From: Tubiluchus corallicola
Lineage: Eukaryota > Animalia > Priapulida
Assembly: GCA_030141605.1 (NCBI GenBank)
Contig: JAQGDQ010000144.1
Span: forward strand, 372,001-436,000
Direction: 5' to 3'
DNA: 64,000 nt
Shown here: positions 13,809 through 28,439 of the stretch, one piece after another
Layout: each line of letters opens with the position of its first letter
Numbering within the stretch: position 1 is the first letter of the stretch
Translations under genes and position numbers: made by a program
Notes under the pieces: generated by a model
Told to the model about the DNA's origin: nothing
What the model saw: only the letters and a program-made list of their open reading frames with translations
The model's database searches: none

Positions 13809-14752
13809 CAGTGGCGTAACTGGAGACCGTGGCGCCCTTGCGGACAATTGAGTTTGACCTCCTCCCAATGAAAATGTTCATGTAAAAAAATTTTGCATTT
13901 GTAAAATTTAGCAGGGTTGCCTCGCCATTGCAATAAGTTGCAGAGATGAATTGATAAAATAATAAATACATTACTGAAAAATAAAAAATTGATTTGTGAA
14001 GAAATAAATTTAGCCTATGTACTTCAAAACTAAAAAATTATGATGCCCAAAGGCTTGTCCAAATATTAATGCGGAAAAGAAAGTTTTGATAGTAGTTCAA
14101 GACAATTCTGGAGTAACTTCAAACATCTCTGTTTAACAGACAATTTTAAGATTACAAAAGTCTATTGTCAAATAAAAGCTCACCATCATCAAAGTATTTC
14201 AAAGATAAAGTTGAGATTAGTGTTGATAAACTTGCTTAATAGAAGATACTTAAAATCAGATTTTGATGGAGATTTCAAAAACTCATAAACTATGCTGGTG
14301 AGTCAAGAAGCCACTGAATATCTATCATTATTACAAAAACAGAACTAACCTCAATGGCATCTGTGTTTAGAAACCAAATACCAACAATAAATACATCGTT
14401 AAAAATAGCACAAAATTTTTTGTGAATAGTATGTGATAAGATTGCAAATACAAGCGTGATTATAAATATATTTCACAGTTAGCTCAAAATGTATACCATG
14501 CAGAAATGTTTAAAAGCAAAGACAAATTATTTTACAAATACTACAACCATATAAAATGACTAATTATCAGCTTCCGTTATCACAGTGGTCATGAGACACT
14601 ATAAGCCACATTTGCATGGAAAATTAAATGGTCAACTGTTCTGCCTTTCTATTCTTTTGACAGAATCAACTTTTTCAGTGCATTTGATCAAAATGCCGCC
14701 CTCTGAAAAGTGCCACCCTGGGCAGACCGGCTCACTCCTAGTTACGCCACTG
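13809..14752. mobile_element. Non-autonomous hAT-type element (944 bp)
   Basis: Perfect 12-bp TIRs cagtggcgtaac / gttacgccactg. Flanks agtttaaa / actttgaa (6/8 TSD). Confidence 0.8.
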
Positions 14753-15335
14753 ACTTTGAAAAATTCATTTTGCTAACACGATGAGTAAAGCAACATGCTT
14801 AAGTGTTGAGCAACTATATTCCTAATAGCCATTTAATGATTCTATAAAAAACTACTGAATCTAATCTAGAGAAAAAATATTTTACTTGTAATGTACACGG
14901 TAATTTTCACTCTCAATCTTTATTCTTCATTAAAAAATCAAAAACATTTTACACTTTAGCTTACTTCCACCAGTTATTTCAGTCATTTCTCCCTGAACGT
15001 AGACTATTGAGATTTAGCAACAAATTTGAGTTATGAAATTTCTTTACTTTCGTGGTTCAAAGTACTATAACTTTAATATTGTAAACGAGCAATATACTGC
15101 ATGTTCATGTGCTGACGCTTATTTGTTCTTTCAGGCAAAGTAGGTAAAGTACTGCATTTGTCAATTTGCACGATCATACCACAATTCCGTAATAATCATA
15201 TAACACACAAACTCTTTATTTCAATCCTACCTGCGCAGAAGTAGAACAACACCTGGTCTGCATTCGGTCAGTCAAAAACTAATTGATGAATAGACACAAA
15301 GAAATCAGATGCTGCAAACCAATATCGCTGCTCAT

Positions 15336-18300
15336 CTACAATAAAGTTTTAGAAGCCAGAGATCCAACACCACTAGACGACCGTCGATTGACTTTCTTGA
15401 TAGCACAGTTTACTGCTTCCATTACATCATCAAAGACAGGTACGCCTTCTCTATTTGCAATGTCGCTAAGATAAGCACGCCCTCTATTGTAATCACGCAC
15501 AGCCCTGTCAGACAACTATAAACAAATGTCTGTTACTGAAAGATGAGATAACAGTCGGTCACAAAACTATTTTGAAGTTTCTATTCAAAATTATTACTTT
15601 GCAATACTTTATTTGTAATACCATGGCTGCTTTATCATTAAGAATATCTTGCTTTGATTATGGAGATACCAACAACGCTGTTGTCGAGATTAAAATGCAA
15701 AACTACACACATGAAAAGTGTAATTTTAAGCATTACAAAATTTAAATAGTTTAGCCTTTACATGATGGCAATCAAGTGCTGATTTACAGTCACTACAAGA
15801 TCTAATTATAGGTCTACTTACTGTTTCTCCATCAATAGCTACCTCACGGGATAAGTTGTTTACGCATAATACAATGTCTCTTTGTTGTCCAATAAAAAAT
15901 GCCGCCTGAAATATTTGCAGAGAAACTCATTCAAAACTGAAAAACAATATTTGTTACAATAATGATAAACAAAAACAAAGCAAAAAAGTTTATTATATTG
16001 ATACATACAAACCTACCAACTTAGAAGGTTTTCATACCTCAGCCATGAGAGATACAGCTCTGGCATTGGCCGGAATCACATAGAGTAGCACCTTGCAGCT
16101 TTCTTGAGCTCCAAGTCTGATTACACTGGACGGTAAGCAATCGTAATATGTTACACCATATTTTCTGCAAATACAACAAAGTTCTAAAGTCAACAACAGA
16201 AACTAAAGCAAAATAAAAATGTGAGCACCACTTTTTTAGGACTTTGACTAGGAATTTGTTGTTTTTGAAAAAAAAAGTTCATTAAAAGCAATCAGGTTGT
16301 AACGTAAAATTTGAATTAAGAATTGGTCCATATCACTTGTCTTAGCGAAAAACTTTTGAAGACATAGAACACCTACTTAAGCCTGGCAATGACTCGTCCT
16401 GTCCAGTCCATGTACATGCAAATTCCACCAATGTAAATATCTCTGCCTGAACGAACATTTTTAAGCATTCCCCTGTTTCGTTTGAAAATTCCTGCAAAAA
16501 AATTAAATTTATTCTTCTTAATAAAGATCATTATTTTCAAGATCTACAACATTCTCATGTTTTCTATTATCAATATAAACAGTAGAAATAATATAAACAC
16601 AATGATAATCATAACAATAATGTATACTATACATTAAGTCTTCCATGACTAATATCATAGTGGAAACATCTGCTACAGAAAATGCTATGTCACAGCAAAC
16701 ACACACACACAACCACCCACCCACCGATGCCAGCCACACGCGCACACACCCACGCCCGCCCACGCGCGCGCGCACGCACACACACACACACGGGTGTTTA
16801 TATGTAATAAATGCTTTCTATTTTTTGCCATTAATATTTTGTTTATATTACACACCATAACTCACCTAACAACATTAATGCATGCATGATGACAGTAGCA
16901 CTAAATCTTATCACAGAACCCATAGCTGCAGAAAGCACAGAGTCAAACAGTGACCAGTTTGGAGCCTAAAATGTAAACACAGTGAGAGTTGTTTACTACT
17001 ATATTTACTTAATTTACAATATTTTTTATAGAACCAAAGTAAGGAGAGTAAGTCCTTGCTTAATAACAGTTCATTTCATGAATATTACTGTTAAAACCAC
17101 ACCTAATTTCATTTAACGACAAGTGCTTTTTTGCCAAAGTTTTACTTTTTGAAGCAGTAATTTCATGTGACACCAATAAATCGTTTTTTAGCCCGTTTGT
17201 TTCTGCAAATGGTGCATCATGTCATCATTATAATAAAAATTTGTTTAACATACTTAATACCAAAAATACCATAAATATAAGCAATAAAACTTATAAAATT
17301 TGTTTTTGTTTTATATATAGCAAGTCTTAATGATTTCTACAGCTAGACAGCACAACCACATATTTACTTTATTTCCTATGAAGAAGTGGTTCCAGTTAAC
17401 AATGTTATAATAAATATGTTAAGAGAGGACTTGCTCTACAGTTTTTTAATCTCTGTACCTAATACCTCTTCTTAATAATGCGCCCCCCAAAAACTATCAA
17501 AGAAAACTCCAGAGAAAACCAAAGGCAGCCAGGTGGCCATTAACAGCATCTTCTATTTTGGTAAACATTATAATATTAGCAATTCATAAAACAAAAAAAA
17601 CATGAAAGTCATAAACATTTTGTTTTTTGACTTTCATTACTACTAGAATTCATTATACTTTGATCAGCATTGATTGTGCATGTTAACCCAGTTTTTATAT
17701 AAACTTGCATTTTTGCTTTCTGAGCAGGCAAACATTCATAATATTTACGTACCCTCTGGCGAAATTCAACCCATATGCAGCAGAACTGATCAAATGTAAT
17801 CTTTGCTTCCCTCTGTTCCTTTGTCAACCACAATGGGTTAAATTCAAGGTTTGTTGCGGACCTATAAGCTAAGCACATATCTTCGACAGAAAGAATACCT
17901 GATCCCGTCATTTCAACAGCCAAGAAAGCTTCACGTAACGTTCTAAAAAACAACAGCATAATGTAATAACTCCAAGTTTACAAGTATCACTGTGAAAGAG
18001 CGGCAAAAACTCATTTACAGTTTGATTAATAAACAAACAAAACTTGTAATTCCATTGATATTAAATGCAACAGCACTGGAATTGCAACTAAGCTACAAAA
18101 CATTCTGGTAACTTGTTTTACTTTTCCGAAATCAAAAATCATCCCAAATCAAGAAGGAGATGAAATGGATAATTTTTCATGAAAACAATGTGCTATTGAT
18201 TAGAAGTACTTACATGTACAATTTGGAACCGTACAGAACAAAAATACCCTATATCAGATTACAGCAATGTGCAATGAAAAATAAAAGAGTAAAACAATTG

Positions 18301-21300
18301 AAAACTACAATTTGAACTGTACAGAACTAAAAATGCCCGTTATTGGGTTACAATACTGCGTAGTAAAAACAAAAGTGTCAGACAATTGAAAACACGTTCT
18401 TGCCTTGCAGGAATCGCAACTGCAGGTAATACAACCTTAGACCATTTTCTTAATTTCTGTGAGTTTGTGTGTTTACTTTGTTTACACCTAAATTTTTGAA
18501 ATGAATAATAATAACTACTTGATATGGTTTAAACATTTTCACAGTTTCTAAACAGATGCCAATGGGCACTATGTTTGTCACATCGATTTTGTCTTTGGTA
18601 ACAGTATTATATCAGTGATGTTGTACCTTTTTTGACAAGAATTACTTTTTAATACAACCAAATATCAATCTCAGCAAATCCAACTGATCATAACAAACAT
18701 AAATTAGTTATGAAAAGATACCTACATCAATCGTTTTCCAACCTGCAGCCACGGATGCTTAATAGGTTCCGCTCCATCGTCCAAACTCAATTCTTGAACT
18801 TTGCACTTCTTCTGTATAACCTTTGCTGTACACTGAAGAGCAATGCCTAAGTCATCAAATACCGGGATGGACTGTCTTTCTAAAAGATCTTGTACGGTAA
18901 TCTGTGCATCATTCAACTCCTCAAACTCACTAAAGCATAATAGTATAATTAAAATATTATAAATACAAATACAATTACATTACATAACAACAAATCTTAG
19001 TGCTGCTTTTACAGGCTACATTAAGATTAATTTGACTATAGCAACTATGGCAAGGAATATAAAGTAAGCAATTTTAAATAAAATGGCTATAAACTGCCTT
19101 GCAGAACACCAAATTGTAAAAAAGTTTCTCTCGATTTACCAAATTTACACTTGCTTTTAGTTGTCCGGCATTATAGCAATGGTGTAACAGTTTTTATGCA
19201 GACAAAAATACACTAGTATTATTCAGAAACTTTTGAGAAAATAGGTACTAAGCAAGTGTGTATCATTGGAATCAACAATCAAACTTAGAAGAAGGAAAGT
19301 GGAGAAAATTCGTGGGCATCTATAGTTAAATTTAGGAGAAAAGTTGTGGAAAATTGCAAGTCAACCATAACTCCAATCCAGATATTGTGGTTTTAGGCTG
19401 CAATATTCTAGGCACTTGAGCTATCAACCCACTTGGTAGGTAGCAACAGATAACAACAAAGATCTGCAAATCTGCCAAACCTTTACTAGACCTTTGTTAA
19501 AGACTAACAAAGACATCCAAATGATGAAAGAGGGAATATTGTACCTCTGAGTGATAACTTCACCACGTAATTCAATTCCAGGTCCAGGAAATGGTTTCAT
19601 AACAACAACCAGCTGCCGTCTGCAACCTATAACAACAGTCAACAAAACTATGAGTTAAATTCTCAGACAAAGCTTACAGAAGAAAAACCACATTGATCAA
19701 AATTTCAATGGTTTCTTCCCAAAAGTAAATGACAGGAATCCTAATATTAAACTAATTAAATTAAGTGGCAATATACTTGAACTTTTTGTTTAAAATAATA
19801 TTGTAAAAAACGGAAAAATCATGGAATTTTTCATTTTGCGTAAGGGCCCGGCTTTCAACAATACTTTAGCATGTGCAGTAGCACAAAAAAAATGTGCCAA
19901 AGGGTAAACTGCACATTACTTATATCTGCATTTTATCATTTGAAAAACCATAACCATTGTGTGACCATTATTAAAAAATCATAGTGACAGCGACATCTAT
20001 CTAAATTAAAGGTAAAACTGTAAAGCACAGTTAGTAATTATTTACCAGCATAATAAGCCACTTCTATGCATGTAGAAACTGATCGTGTTTCATTATCAAC
20101 CACAAAAAACAATACTTCGGATGCCTGAAATAAAGAAAACACAATACATAGGTCATACACGATTCACGATAAAAAAATTATTCTATGCTGAGTTTTAGAA
20201 TGTTAACAAATCAGAAAACTAGGCAATATGATATTAAGTTTATTAAGGCAGGATAACAAGAATGTACCTCTTTTGCTTGATCTTCCAACTCCAGCAGCTC
20301 AGGTCCCCAGGACGGCACTTGCTATATGAAAAAAGATCTTCAGTCACATGGTACACAATTATGTAGTAACAAAGTTTCCATTTTTAGAATGTGAACAAGC
20401 ATAAGTGATTGTCCTAAATTATTCAATGTTTGGTGCAATGTTTTCAAAAACATAAGAAAACAAAATAAAAATACTACATATGCTTTAGTTTTTATACTTG
20501 TTCAGTGTAATGACATTATTTAAGATAAGTTTATTAGCGCGGGCAAATAAGGGTAAAATAAATGTCAACTCTTGCCTATCAGTACTGTGGTGAAGAAGCC
20601 TATTGTCTTTATTTATTAATATTAAGTTGCTTTAACACAGCCAGCAGATGGCTCATTGAGTGTTAAACGTTTGCATGGTTTTGATTCATAAATGTTGTTT
20701 GACTGTTTCAAGTGGAAGCAATGTGATGTATCAATATTATCATTTATTTAATATATGAAAACTGTTATAATACAGAAACACAATATTTCTGCACTATGTC
20801 AGCATTCAGCATTTTAGAGGTTTTGCAATTTACTACATTATTGTTGTACAAAAAGCCAATATCAGGTCAAATATATCTAATCAAGTACGGCATACAAAAA
20901 AGTATCTATAAATAAGTGACCAACATGCACAAGACTAAACAATTTTCTTCTTCAATTTTTTCTTACATGCCAATTATACAATTAAACACTAAAAAGGCAA
21001 ATTAGAAATGTATGTCTTATTTGTACCAACTGTCACAAATACTAAAGTGCTAAAAATAGTAGTGACAGACACATAAAAAGCACATTGACTTGCTAAAGCT
21101 AATCACAGTCCACAAACAATAGAGTATAAGCAGTTTTTACAGCGTAGAAGTGATGCCTATAAGTGTAATCAAGCACCACTCAATGATGTTGTTAGCTGAT
21201 ATAAAGCACATGACCAACAAGATCAGCAGCAGCACAAGTGCAGTTCAGAAGCACAGTACTATTTTACTGTAAATAATCTGAGTATTAGGCAAAAAACTGT

Positions 21301-24300
21301 AGATACCATTTCTACAAAATTTCTGCTTTAACCTGAGTGGTAATTGGGTGAATTATGAACCACTAGAACTCTGTTTTAATTTAAAACAAGAAAAATCTTT
21401 CCCACAAATATTGAAACATTTCTTGATTAAGAAGTCCATTTGCTAGCGATTTACTGCAAGCATTTATCACCGTTTATAAAGACTTAAACATTAAAAATTT
21501 GAGAAATAAATATTATAAAATGCTTAGTCACTTACCGGATTATAGAAAGTAATATTAGCTTCTTTCAAGAACGGTATTGCTATGTTTTTCCTCCAAGTTG
21601 TTGGATTACATGAACCTCCCAAAAAAACTGGAATATTTAATGAGACTTTATATTAAAATTTGCATTAAATTATTAATGAGGAGGACACAACTGATTTTTA
21701 TTTGCAGAAAACAATCTTTGCTTCATACTTTTGATTTCCGAAGACCATACTAGTGGGAATTTTTTCTTGTTATTTCCTTATAATTTTATTAATGACTGGT
21801 ACTGTGCCGTGTTCTTTGTCTTATCTTTTGCAAGGCAACAGTAAATATTTCATAATAATTCTCACTTAATGAAGTAGAAAGGCATATGTAACAGATCACT
21901 TTTATCTAGGCAGATGAGTTTTGATATTATGTTATTTACCTTATTAAATAAAACTAATTCAGTTTTTGTATCAGCTCAAAACAATATTGAAAAGTAACAA
22001 CATTATGAACTAATAAACGATAGTTAATCAAGATACCAACAGTATAATAAATGGCTCTGTAGACAATCAACTGTAACAAATTATCTAGTTATGCAAACTA
22101 TTTTTCCTCAGTTTAACCACACATGTATGAGCCACAGCATTAGGTAGGGGGACAAAAAGCAGCCGCATACCATAGAACACTAGATGAGGGAAAATAATTG
22201 TAAAAGCAAAAGCAAAGCCTATTAGTTGTTTCTTGTAGAAAATGCCAAAAATATTTTTAATTTCAAAAACATTGTCAAGTTCTAAAACATGAAAGTTCTA
22301 AAATTTTACTAAGTTAACACCTAATGCCCATAACCTATAAATTGCGAAAGTGTTGTTAAAGTGATATTTTCAATCATAATGCAGTTGTTCGCCAACAAAC
22401 TTTTTTTCTAACTCATTATACGGGTGTAACAATGGAAGGTAGAATGTAACCTGCAAGCTCAGTCAAGGTCTTTCTCATTGTCGTGAAATGTCAGAAGCTG
22501 CATTAATTGCAGACTCTGTTCATCTCAAGTTTAACTGTTGTTAGGACTAAATTTCCCGCTGTACTAATTTATGTATAATGAGCAAAGCCTAGCCTCTACA
22601 GTAATAGCTCAGCTGTAATGGCTAAAACTCATTTTTTCAGTCACCTATGCAATTACACTGCTTCATATGCAGCTTCCAATGTATGTAATGAATGATTTAG
22701 CTTATAAATACCTGTTAATGAATGATTTAGCTTATAAATGCCTGTTTGCAAACTTTGTACTTTGTCAGTCGTTCTAGCCTTGATTAGGTGGACGTCTGTC
22801 CATTTTTTCTTACATTTGATACATGTTTATATGTTTTTGAGTCAGAATAATTTTTAGTTTTATTCATATGTTAGATTACTAATTACTTTAAGTTTTAGGT
22901 TTAAGTGCTAGCAGTTTATCAGTGTTATTAATCCTGTTTTACACAGTTTAATTATCAGTTATTTCTCATTGTATGTTTGCATTGTTTTCTTTATGTAATA
23001 ACTTGATAATTGTTATCGTCTAGTAAATATAAATTTGAACCTAAAGTAAAACTTCGTCTTTTATTTACAGCTTTCAACACCTATAGTACACTACAACACA
23101 CTCATAATAAATTTCTATTTCTGTTTAAAATATAGTCGATTTCCATGACGTTAGTTTATGGTGGAATTTTAGGCAACCTTATCCAGTTCTCCTAACCATT
23201 CCGTTTTTTTATAATAAAAAAGCCTCCACAAAAGAGATTCACAGAGTAAGCCGTCTTTTCCATCACACTCACCCTGAAAACTTGAATGTTCACGCAACAT
23301 GGACCGTGACATTGGAGAATTGCATGACCTGCGACTTGGATAACTTGGTTCTTGTAAGTGACCACTTGGGTACAAATGACTGAAATAAGAAACAATAAAT
23401 TAATGAAGCCAGTGGTAATTTGACCAGCTACTTATCTTGAAAAAATGAAAAAAGCAGCACTTGTACTATTCATTATTTCGCATTATAAAAATATATTATA
23501 ATTTCTTTTTAATTTTCAAGTCAATTGTGTTAGTAAAGCACCTTACTTAACACCATACCTATATTGGATAAAGAGGGAATTTTTTGTCATGTCATTTTAA
23601 AATTCAGAAAATGATTATGTAGTGTAACAAAGCCGGATGGTGTTTCTAAATCATTGAATTTACAGAATTTTACTAGTAAGGAGAAAAATTAAAACAAACT
23701 TAAAAAAGGAAATTTGCCAGAAAAGGCAACAGGTGCTGAAAAGTTAAAAGTACTAGTCCGCCTACTTATTGAGATACAGAACATTTACTAACTAGACTAC
23801 TTATAGATGCAAGTATGCACAGGCTTCGTAAGGGACAGAACCATTATGATATAAAGGAGGTGTCTCAGATGAGTCGCAAATAAATGGCATTTCGCAATTG
23901 TAACATTGGGGCAACATATTCGTGCTTTGTATAAATTCTAAACATTTATTAAATTACAAAACATTTGATTTTGAAAATCACCTGCCAAAACTAATGATAG
24001 TTTTTCAAGATATTAAGAAAATCCGTTTCAACCTAGTACACTGCACTCATCTTGAAAAGCCGCTTAAGTTTAACGAGTAATCCACGTTAACCTTTTGTGA
24101 AGATGAAATAATTATATAATCATTTAGCAGCACACACATCCTAAAATCTTCAATAGGATCGATGTATAAAACCTTCATATGGAATCAATGAATTTGAAAA
24201 TTGACAAACTTTTGTGACTTTTTTTCCTAAATCAGGAAAACATTTTCCAGGAAGTAAACAACTCTATAAACATCAACGTGGTGTCACATCATCAACTGCC

Positions 24301-26564
24301 CAGTGTGCCCATGCGTTAATACGGCCCTGTTCTTACATAATATGTGCACAAAACTTAGTATATTGTAATTTTCCCAACTTGCCAAGTTTTGTATGCATCT
24401 TCCAGCTCTGACACAAGAACAGCAAATTCACCAAATCCAAAAGAATTTTGCGAGCCATGAGAAGAGCATTTGCTGGAACATCTTAGCATTTCATCAACTG
24501 AAGTAAATGAGTAAATGTTTAAATAAATACAGGCAGAAGGATGTCATTTCTTGGAATATAAAACTCAAAAACCCAGTTAATGTTTCGATATAAATAAAGG
24601 TAATTATATATGTAATACACTATAATACTTTACTAAAGTGTTTGACTTATATAGTTATAATGCATATGTAGAAGAGTATAGTTGAAAATGCAACTATTAC
24701 TATTATCATAGAGTAACAAAACATGATGATTATTACTATAAGAAGATACCCGAGTATCAAAGCTGGATTAGTTTAAAATTTGATAACCTAACACTATGAA
24801 AAGTAAAATTGCAAAACCACACGTAAACAAGTATTCGTGCAAAAAGACACAGGTGAACAAAAGAGAAAAAACTCCAACACCACAAAATATTTGCTAATTA
24901 AAAAGTCCCTCCTGTGTTTGGAAGCTGCTTTTAAAGGAAGAAAAGAAGTGATGGTATCAGGCATTGATATATTTAAGCCTAAGAAGTTTTGATATTTGTT
25001 GATTATAGAATTTATACATTAATTTGCATACAATGAGATTAAAAATATTTTCAATTTTCATTACTCTGAGGTAAGTAAGATGGTGTTGCACGTCTCTGTA
25101 ATTGGTAAAGGTAATAAAGGTAAAAAAGGTTTAGTTATTTTATTCTGTACTGTTATTAATGGTTGTTTTGCATTGCTCGACTTGTCACTAATAACAACAC
25201 ACTGTGTTGGTGCATGGAAAAAGTAAGAATAATACTTACTGCAGTACTGAACTAGATTATTATTTGGATGTTGAGGATCTAAGCATGTAATTTAAGAAAA
25301 CAATGTGGCAGAATTTGAAAAATGTCAGATTAGTTAGAGTAATAGTGTAACTTTAAGACATATATTCCAAATATGAATTTTCCAATTTACAATGCTAACT
25401 AATATATGTACGTACCAGATCTTAACAAAATAATATTTCGGTTGCTAAAACTGTTAAACTGACACTTGATCTAGAAGTTCTTATTACAACATCACAGTAT
25501 AATAAAACATTACTATAGTTTTACAAATGTCAAAAGCTCTTACCTTGAGCTCTTGAGGGATAAAGACCCAATGTGTGCATAACGGATGCAATCTTTTCTG
25601 CAGGCAGCTTCCCTTCTTCGTCTGTATTTTCCACAAACAATTCATGCAGTTTCCTAAATTGCAAAAAAAAATCAAAGTTGTTACAGTGAGTGTAATAGAA
25701 CTAAAGCATTCAGTGAGTACACATATGCATAGTGAATTCTGCATAATCAAACTGGATTCTATTAATGAACTCTGGCATTTATTCCTCATCAACTGATCAA
25801 CATCAATTTTATTAAAAATCCGACAACTTCTGCTAGCTGTCTTTTCCAATTGGAAGTAATCTGTAAAACAATACGTTATATCATAATTTACTGAAGTGAC
25901 CAAATTGGATTCAAATAAATTATTATTGTTAATGAACAATTATTATTACTATTATTATCGCCGTGCTGGCTCAAATAAATTGCAATTTTGTATGTTATGC
26001 GTATTATTTTTAGTGTGCAAAGAAAACTGCATTATCACATATGTACTGTAATCAAGAAGGCTAACATAAGAAAGATAACATCTGGCTTTGCCAACAGGAC
26101 AGTTTTTTGCTGGAAAGGCAACATAGAGAGTGAAATCTTGCACGAACTCCCCCCCCCCAAATTAAACAAAGCCAAATATCATACTACTCCTTAAAATGAT
26201 TGTTAGTAAAAAAGCCGCAGCTTGGTAGCACTGTAACTTACGATAAATAGCTCAACGATATTACACAGTAATGTATGTCTTCCACATGTTTTTACAGGTG
26301 TTAAAAAATATTTAGTGTAACAGTCCTATATTCTGAAAAGCCAATTGCCAATTCAATAACTGATTAATGATTTTTGTAGAAAAAAAACAATTCTGAGCAC
26401 TTACATAAGCTTTACAATATATCTGACATCTACCTACACTCCGTTTCAGATCTTGCAGTGAAATACAGACATATTAATAAAAATTTGAAAAATTAAGATA
26501 CATTATACCTTGTTGTGTCTCCAAAAATGAGATGCTCTTCAGAGGAACATTGTCGAGCAGCCAT
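15336..26564 (-). CDS. raw: Raw/OLRN-1 family protein: EF-hand-like regions plus two nucleoside 2-deoxyribosyltransferase-like (Raw repeat) domains, ~564 aa
   Basis: 15 phase-consistent exons: 26509-26564, 25544-25653, 24383-24497, 23273-23379, 21536-21627, 20268-20321, 20046-20124, 19545-19626, 18726-18929, 17753-17942, 16866-16965, 16377-16491, 16038-16164, 15822-15905, 15336-15515 (1695 nt). Hallmark motifs: VFLGGSCNPTTWRKNIAIPFLKEANITFYNPQVPSW, LFFVVDNETRSVSTCIEVAY, DYNRGRAYLSDIA. Confidence 0.9.
16699..16791. repeat. Compound (CA)n/(CG)n microsatellite
   Basis: acacacacacac...cacgcgcgcgcgcacgcacacacacacac in an intron of the raw-like gene. Confidence 0.9.
18217..18393. repeat. Diverged tandem duplication, ~89-bp unit x2
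   Basis: tacaatttg(g)aac(c/t)gtacagaac...acaattgaaaac occurs twice in succession. Confidence 0.75.
22686..22746. repeat. 30-bp tandem duplication
   Basis: taatgaatgatttagcttataaat(a/g)cctgt x2. Confidence 0.85.
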
Positions 26565-26963
26565 GCCAATTTTTGCTAACTTATGTCATACTTCTATTCC
26601 AAAAATTCACCATAATCTACAGAAAACTTCAAACAAAATGTGACTAGCTATGATGTCTATGTAGCAAAAACTGAAAAAAACATTCATATTCTATATTTTA
26701 TTAATAGTCACTAAAATTATTGCTATTGTCGTTGCTGCTGCTAACAGTGATGTAAGCGGTTTTTGTTATTTTTATTATTACCATTCATTATCATTATTTT
26801 CATCATTGTAATCACTATATCCACGCCGAGTTATTTGAGTCAATTACGGACAGTTTTTATGTGTATTTGAATAGAAGCGGCCCATTCAAGGCATTTTTTG
26901 AGTCAATTAAGCGATTCAGTCTATTAACCGTGAGTCTATTAAGCGGCGCCTACTGTAACAGAA

Positions 26964-27110
26964 ATGATCAAGTTATTAGGTGAGGATTTCAATCTTCCGG
27001 GTACTGAGTGGGAAAGTCATGAAGGTGCTAGTGCAACGAATGAGCTATTTTTAGAAACAGTGAATGATCATTTGCTAGCACAGGGTGCTACATCTGGATC
27101 TCATGACAGC
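26964..27110 (+). mobile_element. CR1/L2-type LINE endonuclease fragment
   Basis: Translation LLGEDFNLPGTEWES...LFLETVNDHLLAQ resembles the APE-domain GDFNLPxIxW...FLxxxxDxxLxQ motif. Confidence 0.6.
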
Positions 27111-28439
27111 AATAGTCTTTATTTAATAATATTAATAACTGTTACTTACCAAGGCAATAATAACAATATTGTTTCCACCTACACTTTGTACTGATAATCA
27201 TAATGCTTATATTTTGATATTATAGTAACTATAACAAGTCATTCAGAACAGTAAAGTAGAGCCCACCACTTATAAAAAAAAAGTTATATAGATCCAAGAA
27301 TTTTTGGTAAAAGGACTCCAGGTAAATTGCTACTCATCTGAATATTGATGTTATTGATACTGTCCTTTGTGTTGTTCCGGGGAGTGAAAAAGGCCTAAGG
27401 TTTCAACAAATTTGCAATTATGTCATCAAACCGCATGAGCATATACCAGTCAGTACTACTACTGTACTACTAGTACTAGAAATAATTACATGTAGACTGA
27501 CTAAATCAGATATTCTGAATTCAAATTAGAGCGATTACTGTAAATCATTTTTGAAAAAACTTTAAATGAACATACTAGAGTGAATTCCGGACTGATCAAC
27601 GGATTTTAAAATAGAGTTTTACCTTTATACATATTACCACCAAAGCCCAACAACAGCACAAAGAATTATGCAAAACCTTTTATTAGCGGAGCTTTGGAAA
27701 AAAGACGCCCTTATCCACGACTGCTCACTCGGCATGCGACGATTACTTTACCTTTCCAATATTTATGATTATATATAATCTTATTTCTGGTTTCAAGGCG
27801 ACGAGTCGGATCCCTGCCACCCACTGCTGATCGAAGTCCTGGTTTTTCTTCTGCAAGATCGACATTGAGCAGATATTTACTCTGTTAAACACTTTCGAGT
27901 TGAGGGATTTAGGAACCGCCTACAACTCCAAAGTTGAATTAAGGTTGGCACTTGGCACACGCCAAAACAAAACAATCACAAACACCAAAGCAATGGATGG
28001 CACTCCAATATATCACAACATTTACATTGAATATTATCTGACGTACAGACAGCCATCAGCATATTTGTATGCTTCTCATGTATGAGAAGAGAATAATTAT
28101 TCTTATATAAGTGCAAAGAAAATAGCAAGCTCGAATTTCTCTGCACTTCCTGTTACCAATGCTCATGCATCCTTCTCCTCATTTCAGAATGTAGACTCGT
28201 AACATGGAGGTCCATGCCAATTACAAAATTAATGTAAATTCCTCGATAGCATGTTTCTTCTCATCTCACACCTCGTATGCAGCTGTGACAGTTAATTCGA
28301 GTGCTAATGCAATAGTAACACATCTTTACAGAACAATCACGCTACTCTGTACTTTTGTGAGTACACAGCGAGTTATGTTCTAAACAAATTATTAGTGGGT
28401 TTACTGCAAAACAAATTTGAGTAATATGCATGATGTTAT

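Noticed and set aside
17466-17552. Extra or poison exon in the raw-like gene
   Set aside because: Weak A-rich acceptor, in-frame stop, and the flanking exons already join in phase.
25484-25939. 151-aa minus-strand ORF
   Set aside because: It overlaps true raw exon 25544-25653 in the wrong frame; the rest is intronic.
27300-28300. Additional upstream coding exons of raw
   Set aside because: The model already starts at an in-frame ATG (26564). The open stretches here look more like decayed LINE endonuclease sequence (GCLYVR, FGVC, ILDL-like) or UTR, too weak to call.
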